Part shown: positions 18,052 through 25,667 of the stretch, piece after piece | How the letters are laid out: every line of letters starts with the position of its first letter | How positions within the stretch are numbered: position 1 is the first letter of the stretch | Assembly (NCBI GenBank): GCA_029262195.1 | Contig: JAJCZX010000024.1 | Coordinates: 1,323-65,322, forward strand | Length of the DNA stretch: 64,000 bases | DNA from: Gemmatimonadota bacterium | Lineage (GTDB): Bacteria; Gemmatimonadota; Gemmatimonadetes; Gemmatimonadales; GWC2-71-9 | Reading direction: 5' to 3' | Made by a program: the position numbers and the translations under genes | The notes under the pieces: model-generated | Databases searched by the model: none | The model's input: the letters and a program-made list of their open reading frames with translations, nothing else | Told to the model about the DNA's origin: nothing

Positions 18052-20561
18052 AGATTACTCTGCTGACGACCCGTCGTTTCGACCCTACCGCTATCTGGTT
18101 GGCCGAGCAATTCCGCATTGCGGGAATGGACCTAACTCCATCTAGGGTTCTCACGCCGAAAACAGATCTGGCCCTTTTCTGGAGTTATGATCGTACGCGA
18201 GCACGACGACAGATCCGGAATTTTTGCGAGGCCCGCGGGATTCCAATTCTAAATTCGCGTACGCTCGGCGTGTTGTCGGTTGCCAGGCGGTTGCAACGTG
18301 CCGGGATTCCGGTAGTGCCAACCATGGAGGTTGCGGATAGGTCGGCAGCCCGCGAGGTGTTGGGGGGTTGTCCCCCTCCGGTCGAATTGACTACCGCCTT
18401 CGGAGGTCGAGTTCGCGAGGTCGTGGACGCGGCGGACCTCGAAAATAAATGGGGTCCCCGACACGCCATTGTTCGCGCCGTTGACAAAGATATGGTGCGG
18501 CTCGCCGTTGTGGGCGGCGAAGTGCTAGGAGAAGCGACTCCTGCATGGACTCAGCTTGCACGCGCAGTCAGCGATGCACTAAATGTTGATTTTTGTGTGG
18601 TCCGTTTGTGCACTTTTCACGGGCAACCAACGGTTGTTTCCGTCAGCCACAGGCGTCCGGGTATTGGGTCGTTCCCCGGAGCTGGCGAAGCCATGATCCG
18701 CCTTGCAGAAAAGCAAAAAGCGAGTGAGAAGCCAGCTTGTGTTCGGGGCTTTCGAAAACCGATGGTGTCAATTGTTACCGGTATTCCGGAAGACGAGACA
18801 GTAGAGGCCATTCGTAGGGCATGTGTGAATCAGGGTCTTGAGCCTAGAGTCACGACCGAGGTTCAAGCCGACTCCGACGCGGCGTTCTTTTGGGGGCTTC
18901 ATTGGCGCCATCACCGGGACGTATGGCGTCACGCGGAAACCATCGGAATACCGACATTGGGTGGACCGTGGCGCTCGATTTCGGACCAACTGGGCGCACT
19001 ACGCCGTGCACGCCTGTTCGTCCCTGATTTTCGACCGGCCAGAGGCGCAGACAGTGCCGCTCGATGGGCTCGCAGAATTGGATATCCGGTTATGGTTGGC
19101 GAGGACGGTGACCCTGATCGACACAGCTGCCGCCTTGTGTTCCAGGAAAGCGAGCTGCGCATGGCGTGCGATCAGATTGAACCTCCGGTCCTGTTGCAGG
19201 GTCTCCGTTGGTCCTCCTCAACCTTGCTTCGGGCCTGGGTGGTAGGGGACTCCGTGTTAGCGGTGAGATCGCAACCACTCGCCGATCTTAGTCAGGGCTA
19301 CAGGGGCGTCGGATTGTGGAGCAGGGAGGAGGCGTCTCAAACAATAAAGGTTGCCGCCATCGCTGCCAGAAACGCTCTCGGTACAGGACCCTGTATTGTC
19401 GAGTTGCTCGATGAACCCGATGGGGTGACGGTGCTGCGTGTTCTTCATCGACGTGTTGCGTTGGAGGAGTTGCCGGACGAGGCGTCGGAAAAAATTCCAG
19501 TGATCATGGCATCTGAGATTGCGAACTTGTTGAAGGAACCGGATCGACCGTTGGCTTTTGCCCCTCCGTTGAAGGTGGTAATGGCCCGCCCTTACCGGCG
19601 ACAAAACCGAATGCGGATATGGTGTATTTCTGCTGTGTATCATGAACTGGCCCGCCGCGGACATGAGGTCGTCCATCTTTTTGGACGTTACGACGCTCAA
19701 AAAATCGACCAGGCTGATCTCGTATTACAGGATCCTTTGGCTACAATGGGCTGGCGCCGTAAGCCCAATCCGCTCAACCGGCGGCTCTTGAGCGAAACCA
19801 AGGTGCCGTGTCATCTTCTTCGCCATCACAGCGGTCGGGGCAGGGGCAAACTAGGGTCTCTTAGTTTGGCGCGCCGATTGGATCTGCCCCACCCGCGGGT
19901 TTACCGACCGCGTTCTGTACAGCAAGGCCATCTTCCGGTCATCATAAAACCGCTGCATGGCTCGCTGGGGCGGGGCATCTTTCGAGTGGATGATCTGGAT
20001 CAACTTCGTCGCCTGAATCCTCGGGGGAAGCTAGTCCACGAATTTATCGACTCGGACACCGGATATGCCGTGAGTGCTCGCGTCGTAACCGTACGAGACG
20101 AGGTTGTAGCCGCTGGGATCTTTTACAGTCGCGGCGCTGTTATTTCTAATCTTTCCCGCGGCGGTCGCGCGGTAGCTCTAACCGGACCCGGCGCCTCCGC
20201 GCGCCTGGGTACCGAGGCAGCTATGTTGCTGCGGCGGATCGGGATTGACCCCACGGCACCACGTGTGGTGCCCGCCAAATTGGTTGCCATGGCATCGAAG
20301 GTTGGTGCTCATCTTGCCACTCGTGGGGTTCAGATGGTGGGGCAGGACTATGTGGTAAACCGTGACGGACAGTGGTTCTTCCTCGAAGCGAACAGGTCTT
20401 TTGGGATCGCGTTGTTCAACGTTACCGATGGCGACGGATATCCAAGCACCAGGAAAGGATACCGTCTGGCCGGAACTGTCCTGGCGCAGGGATTCGAGAA
20501 AACTGTCGGGCGGGCTCCGGCAAAAACGACACGCCACTTCCGGCGGAGAGGAGGGACATGA
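18048..20561 (+). CDS. Protein of three tandem ATP-grasp-like modules (837 aa); the C-terminal module is RimK-like
   Basis: The start is ATG at 18048 (MKITLLTTRRF), which overlaps the upstream stop; the track ORF begins 48 nt earlier in the same frame. Module 3 reads LPVIIKPLHGSLGRGIFRVDD...LVHEFID...YAVSARVVTVRDEVVAAGIFYSRGAVISNLSRGGRAVAL...GQDYVVNRDGQWFFLEANRSFG. This matches the RimK pattern (DIRxxVVGDxVVAAxxRxxxxGxFRSNLHRGGxA). Modules 1 and 2 repeat the same layout (pre-ATP-grasp Rossmann-like start MKITLL / MVSIVTG / LKVVMAR, IPxL, ...VVGGEVLG / WVVGDSVLAV) but lack clear phosphate-binding motifs. Confidence 0.7.
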   Translation: MKITLLTTRRFDPTAIWLAEQFRIAGMDLTPSRVLTPKTDLALFWSYDRTRARRQIRNFCEARGIPILNSRTLGVLSVARRLQRAGIPVVPTMEVADRSAAREVLGGCPPPVELTTAFGGRVREVVDAADLENKWGPRHAIVRAVDKDMVRLAVVGGEVLGEATPAWTQLARAVSDALNVDFCVVRLCTFHGQPTVVSVSHRRPGIGSFPGAGEAMIRLAEKQKASEKPACVRGFRKPMVSIVTGIPEDETVEAIRRACVNQGLEPRVTTEVQADSDAAFFWGLHWRHHRDVWRHAETIGIPTLGGPWRSISDQLGALRRARLFVPDFRPARGADSAARWARRIGYPVMVGEDGDPDRHSCRLVFQESELRMACDQIEPPVLLQGLRWSSSTLLRAWVVGDSVLAVRSQPLADLSQGYRGVGLWSREEASQTIKVAAIAARNALGTGPCIVELLDEPDGVTVLRVLHRRVALEELPDEASEKIPVIMASEIANLLKEPDRPLAFAPPLKVVMARPYRRQNRMRIWCISAVYHELARRGHEVVHLFGRYDAQKIDQADLVLQDPLATMGWRRKPNPLNRRLLSETKVPCHLLRHHSGRGRGKLGSLSLARRLDLPHPRVYRPRSVQQGHLPVIIKPLHGSLGRGIFRVDDLDQLRRLNPRGKLVHEFIDSDTGYAVSARVVTVRDEVVAAGIFYSRGAVISNLSRGGRAVALTGPGASARLGTEAAMLLRRIGIDPTAPRVVPAKLVAMASKVGAHLATRGVQMVGQDYVVNRDGQWFFLEANRSFGIALFNVTDGDGYPSTRKGYRLAGTVLAQGFEKTVGRAPAKTTRHFRRRGGT

Positions 20562-22972
20562 AATCAGGGACTGGTGACATTTGGTCGCTTCGTATACCGG
20601 CGGATGAGTTAACCGACTCAGAGGATTTGAGAACGTGTGCGGAGATAACCGCTCCGGCCCTTTTGCTCTTGCTGGCGACCAGGCACGGCGGATCACTTTC
20701 CTTGCGTCGCGAGGCGAACGATGTAGTTCTGGAGTCTACGATACGTCTGTCCGAAGAACATCAGGCGTGCGTGGGGGGGACTGTTGCGTCGATAGTGAGC
20801 GCTGTTTTTAAGGACGTGTGTGCCGGCGGGCTTCCGCCATCGTTGCTTCGTCACCCCGAATTGGTCGCAAAAGACGGCAAGCGATTCGTTATCTCCATTG
20901 ATCGGGACGGCGGCGGGCCAGTGCTGGCGAGGGCTCGAAGGACTCTATTGCCAGCGGTAAACGTCGACGGAGTTAGAAGCCGGGTGTCGGCTCAACAGAC
21001 TGCAACAGTGCTTTTTCTCCACGCCGAAACTGCACTTCGCGAACTGGTAGACAGCTCCATATTCGAAGTCCTTCGTGCAGCCGTGCTCGGAGAATTGTCG
21101 CTCCCGGTCGATGAAGTGGGCGGTGGAGTGGTGTCTGCGCCGGAGGGTGGTGAGTGGGAAGGATATTGTCCAGAGGTGCCGTACCCGGAACAGCCCACCG
21201 TTCCTCCGGAAGAGGGAGAACCCGAACCGGAACCACAGGCCGAACCTGAAGCGGAAGCAGAACCAGAGGCAGAACCAGAACCCGAGCCCGAAGGCGAAAC
21301 TGAGCCGTGTGTCGCCCATCTCCTGGCGGACACCGACCGGGACGGGGCGATCGATTCGACGGATGAACTCGGCAAGGGCAATTGGACCTGGGGACCTCGG
21401 GGCCGGGGTGCCATCGTCTACGTCAACTGCGATGACGATATTCCACAGCGGAGGCCCGATCAGTTCGACATGGCAATCAACGGTCCGGCGGATCCAGCAG
21501 ACCTGGCACCACTGCAGGTGACCGGATGGCCCGACATGCCCGCAGGATGGCGTGCCGAGATTGCCCTGAGCAATATGAATTTCATTCGGATCTTTGATCG
21601 CCGGGCGGTGGGTGCCGCGCCGCTTGTCGGAGTTGGCATCCCGAACGCCGCAGCTCCGCTTGATATCTCGGCTGATCGCGTTCTGGGAGTGGAGGGAGTG
21701 AACTTCGCTAGCGATCCCAATACTCCACCGGAGACGGATATCATACTTCGTGTGTACGACGCCGTCGGCGATGTTCGTTGTTCGGATCGAATTCGGTTCC
21801 GAGTGGCTCCGTGGATCGCGCCGTGGAACGGCCGTCCGGCCGAACAGGTGTACATGGTAGACGCCCCGGCAAAACCGGGCACCCCTATCACGGCCGCCGC
21901 GCCGGTAATTGCAGCGGTTCGGGCCGCCATTGGCGCGCCTCTGTTAACAGTCATTCCACCAAACTATAAACGGCAACCCGCCGGAGATCCCGAAAGATTC
22001 CCTCAAGACTGGTTCCAATTCGGGTATACTCATGCTCCTTATGCGGCCCGCCTCCCGGTAGTCGCCGAATCTCGAGGTACGGTATCCAACCTGGTTGGAG
22101 GCACTCCCGGATTCCGGCGGACCTATGCTCAATGGTTTCTTCTGGGGAGGGACTTCGGGTGGGATTTGCCCGCTCGCGCGCCAGGCGGGGTTTCCTCTGG
22201 AGAGACATTCGGTAATCTGGAGGTGTCCCCTCCCGTAACCGTTGCCAGGAAGGAATACCCATTCGGGCGAATCGTCCACGGCAACAACATCAGTGCTGGG
22301 CTCAAGGCTCACCTCAATGCCCAGGTGGTGCAGGCACCGATTGAGATCAATACGTCCTGGTTGCGGGTTGGGCATGTGGACGAGGTGGTCGTTTTCATTC
22401 CTGTGAACAATGGTTTCCGAATGTTGATCGCCAGCACCCGCGCCGCTCTTGGAATTCTGAACCGGTTGAACGCAGCCGGAAATGGCGGTGCTACACTGTG
22501 CACGAACAGAATTGATGGGAATCGACGTCGACTTCAACGAACCGTTGCTCAAATGCTTGGAGCTCCGGGCTTTGTGCCACTTCAACAAGGATTTCAACGA
22601 TCCATTGACGCCATTCGCGCCGTTCTGGTGAGAGAACTGGGGCTATTGCCCAACCAAATTATTGAGGTTCCCATGTTGTTTCTACCCGTAGGGCGAACGG
22701 CAGCAGCATACACCGGGAATATGGTCAACCTTCAGGTTGTGGTAGCAGGAAACAATCGGCACCTCCTCATTCCAGAGCCCTTTGGCCCGCTGGTTGGCGG
22801 GGTTGATCAGTTCAAAGCGGATCTCCAGGGGAACCTTGCCAACCTCGGCGTGAATGAGACCTGGCTCGACACGTGGTACTCATATCACGTGCGGGAAGGT
22901 GAAATCCATTGTGGCACAAACGTTCGCCGCACTCCCTTAACGACCAGAGAATGGTGGCGGATGGTGCCATGA
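20558..22972 (+). CDS. Protein-arginine deiminase (animal-type PAD: PAD middle + catalytic domains) fused to a novel N-terminal domain and a Glu-Pro linker (804 aa)
   Basis: The start is ATG at 20558 (GGAGAGGAGGG upstream, ATGA overlap). The catalytic region reads [25 protein letters not shown] ... [26 protein letters not shown] ... [29 protein letters not shown]. As I recall it, human PAD4 reads [25 protein letters not shown] ... [26 protein letters not shown] ... [27 protein letters not shown]. The catalytic Cys (HCGTN) and the His/Asp pair (GHVDE) are present. The middle domain reads [37 protein letters not shown] and [21 protein letters not shown], which match PAD_M-type strings. Confidence 0.9.
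   Translation: [804 protein letters not shown]
21209..21307 (+). repeat. Degenerate GAR-CCN hexanucleotide tract encoding a (Glu-Pro/Ala)n linker in the PAD protein
   Basis: The DNA reads gaagagggagaacccgaaccggaaccacaggccgaacctgaagcggaagcagaaccagaggcagaaccagaacccgagcccgaaggcgaaactgagccg. It translates to [33 protein letters not shown]. Confidence 0.9.
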
Positions 22973-23628
22973 TAACTAATCAGAATTCTGTCGAACAGCT
23001 GATTCAGGCAGCCCTGGAAGCACCACGGAACGCGAGAACGCCATTGCGCGAAAAAGTGCTTGCTATCGGCCGCAGCGCCCTGCCCAAACTGAAGGTCGCC
23101 CTCAATCATGAAGATGCCCGGGTGCGGGTAATCGCGAGGGCGTGGGTCGGCTGGTTAAAAACACCTGAAGACTATGCTGCTATCGACCGCAGCTTCGATG
23201 TTCCGTCCGATTCCTGGGTTGCAAACGTTTCGAACAAACCGCCCAGCCGGGAGTCGGTGGCTTCCGGCCTGATGTGGCCTCCTACCGAAGTCTCAGGACT
23301 GATTGGGGAGATCCTAATGAACCGTGGAGACCGGCTTGAGAGATACCAACTTGAGGGATGCATAGCCGCACTGGGGCAACTCCATCAGGAAACGCCCTCC
23401 GAAGTAGTTGAAGATATTTTCCTCTCGTTGTCAGACCAACCGACGTCAAACCCCGTGCGGCAGCTACTGTTGCACGAGTTGGCCACTAACGCGCCCCCAA
23501 ATCGCGAGCGCCTTCGGATTCTCGCGGGTCGCGCCATCCCGCCCCGACAGGCACTGGCGATCAGCCTAATGCTCGAAGCGATTCCGGATGCATACGACAA
23601 TCCTTTTCCCGATTCAGGGGGGCGATGA
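22969..23628 (+). CDS. HEAT-like repeat protein (219 aa)
   Basis: The start is ATG at 22969 (ATGA overlap with the PAD stop), in frame with track ORF 22909-23628. LAIGRSALPKLKVALNHEDARVRVIARAWVGWL fits the PBS-lyase/HEAT-like repeat pattern (ALPxLxxALxDxDxxVRxxAAxALG), and a second weaker repeat lies near the C-terminus. Confidence 0.5.
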   Translation: MITNQNSVEQLIQAALEAPRNARTPLREKVLAIGRSALPKLKVALNHEDARVRVIARAWVGWLKTPEDYAAIDRSFDVPSDSWVANVSNKPPSRESVASGLMWPPTEVSGLIGEILMNRGDRLERYQLEGCIAALGQLHQETPSEVVEDIFLSLSDQPTSNPVRQLLLHELATNAPPNRERLRILAGRAIPPRQALAISLMLEAIPDAYDNPFPDSGGR

Positions 23629-25628
23629 TGCGGAAGCCTGGTGACGTCCCCGGAGACGGCTGGACCTTGTGTGTTCCAATCCCGGGCCTAATACCAGAGC
23701 CCGATCTGGGGCTGCTCGCGGAGATTGCCGCGCCCGCCTTACTGCTCTTGCTCACGACCGCCGACGAAGCAACGATTTCGCTACACTCCGACCAACGCGG
23801 AGTTTGTATTTCCCTCCCAGGTTTTCTCGACAGAGACCATGCGCGTTGTGTTGAACAAACGTTGCTGGCTATGATCGGAACCCTCATGAAAGGCTTGGCC
23901 GACGAGGGAGTCCCGCAAGCGCTATTGCGTTGTTCTGAGTTGGTTTCCTCTGGCGACCGGGGCTCCGTGAGTGTGCCCACCCATCGGGCTGGAGCATTGG
24001 TGCTGCGTGCCGGCAGGATGACACCGGTTGCCACTTGCGACGGAAAAGACCCGGCGCGTGTCGTGCCGGTGCAACAGGCGGCAACCGTTCTTTTTCTTTA
24101 TGCGGAATCGACCCTTCGCAAAGCCGTTACAACCCAGGAATTTGAAGTCCTTCGAGCCGCTCTTCTGGGCGAGCTCCCACTGCCCATCGATATTCTAGCC
24201 CCCCCCCAAAGGGTTCCCCAAAAAATCTTCAAGCAGGACGACGGTGGTTTTGACTACCCCGAGTATGAAAAGCACCCCGAGCCTGAATTGGATCTTGAAC
24301 CGGAGCCGGAGCCGGAGCCGGAGGCAGAACCTGAACCCGAACCGGAGGCTGAGGAAAAGTGCTGCGACCATGCCCTGCTGCCCCCCCTGGCCTACAGCCT
24401 GCCCACCTTTGCGGCTCGCGATTATGATGATATTGACGCGAAACTCGATAAGCTGAAAGAGGCGGGATTCTGCGTTCTCAGCCTTACGCCGACCTATCGA
24501 GTCACCACGAGGCTCATGAACTTTGTTTATGACAACAAGCGCCTTCGGGGGGTAGTACAGATTGATGATCAGGTGACACCGTCTAAACAGGTGCTCACGA
24601 ACGTTGTCCGAAAGGCAATTCGCCGCGGCTTCCATGTTCGGCTTGAGCCGCATGTCGATGCAGATATCGTACTTGCCGGAAATCAGGAGTATTACTGGCG
24701 GGCCCAATTGATGATCGATCCGCAACCCGCAGGACCCTATTTTTCGCTTGTGGTCCAAAGGTCACTTGAGATTTTTGAGGCGGTTAAAGATGAGCTACTC
24801 GGAGGTGTACCAGACTGTCACCCGTGCTTTTGGCTGACTATCGGTTCTGAGTTGGAAATGTCCACCGTTGCCTTGCCTGATAGCTGGCTCGCGGCGTTGA
24901 CCCAGGCTCGGCGCGAAAGAACTCGGATGGGTCTAGACGGCAGGTTGGCGTTGATCCACAAGGTGAACCACGACTTCAACGCCGCCCAAACGCTTCCCGG
25001 TGGTCAAACGCGCACCCGCATGGATTACTGGATTGACTTTGCCAACGGTCACAATCGTGAGATCAATGCTACGGCACCACTGCTTACGAGTGCAGCCCAG
25101 CTGCCGAAAATCGGACGGTATCTAGGTCAACTCGATCACATTGGGATTAGCTTCTATCCCGAACTGACCGGACCCGAACGACCGCCGCCCGAACGCATTC
25201 CAGGTGAGCAATGGCGTACCGATCCTACTCCCGCCCGAGTTTCTCGTATCGCCAGCCTTATGGCCCGGCGCTTCGACGGCATGCTCCATCGGCCTTTCCA
25301 GGGCTTGGGTCGGGTCCTCGAACTTTCGGAATGCGGCATTGGAAGTCCGAATCCTTCGATTCCCTGGGAGGCCTCTAATCCACGTTCGATGGACACCGCG
25401 GAAGGCCGTAACGTCAGGCTGCATTATATCCGCGCCCTCTTGGAATACTTGCGCAACAACAAACAGCGTTTTACTTCACCCAATGGTTGTCTTGAGTATT
25501 CACCGGTGACCTTCTGGACCGTAATGCAATTTGATTGGCTGGGCGTTTCTGCCGGCGGCAGGAGATTCCGCCACCCTGATGTTATTGATGAGGTTCGCCG
25601 GTACAATCGTGAGACATTTGACGATTAA
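23625..25628 (+). CDS. Two-part protein (667 aa): N-terminal domain paralogous to the PAD protein's N-domain, a Glu-Pro linker, and a C-terminal (beta/alpha)8 glycoside-hydrolase-like domain
   Basis: There is an ATGA overlap with the upstream stop. The N-domain strings [38 protein letters not shown] and [17 protein letters not shown] parallel [38 protein letters not shown] and [17 protein letters not shown] in the PAD protein. In the C-domain, the strand-end pattern [10 protein letters not shown] / [10 protein letters not shown] / [11 protein letters not shown] / HIGISFYPE / [10 protein letters not shown] resembles clan GH-A TIM barrels with two catalytic Glu. This is a tentative call. Confidence 0.7.
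   Translation: [667 protein letters not shown]
24276..24356 (+). repeat. GAR-CCN hexanucleotide tract encoding a (Glu-Pro)n linker in the hydrolase-like protein
   Basis: The DNA reads cccgagcctgaattggatcttgaaccggagccggagccggagccggaggcagaacctgaacccgaaccggaggctgaggaa. It translates to [27 protein letters not shown]. Confidence 0.9.
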
Positions 25629-25667
25629 CGTAAACGGCTCCCACCTCCCTCGCCTTGTCGGTTTGCG

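Noticed and set aside
21944-22597. A 217-aa minus-strand ORF inside the PAD gene, plus similar antisense ORFs at 20992-21414, 24195-24758, 43982-44875, 50399-51001, 52195-52692, 53925-54533 and 56576-57199.
   Set aside because: Each is antisense to a gene with strong family motifs. Their translations are Arg/Ser/Gly/Pro-rich and motif-free. Those crossing the Glu-Pro linkers simply read the repeat backwards as GSGSG tracts.
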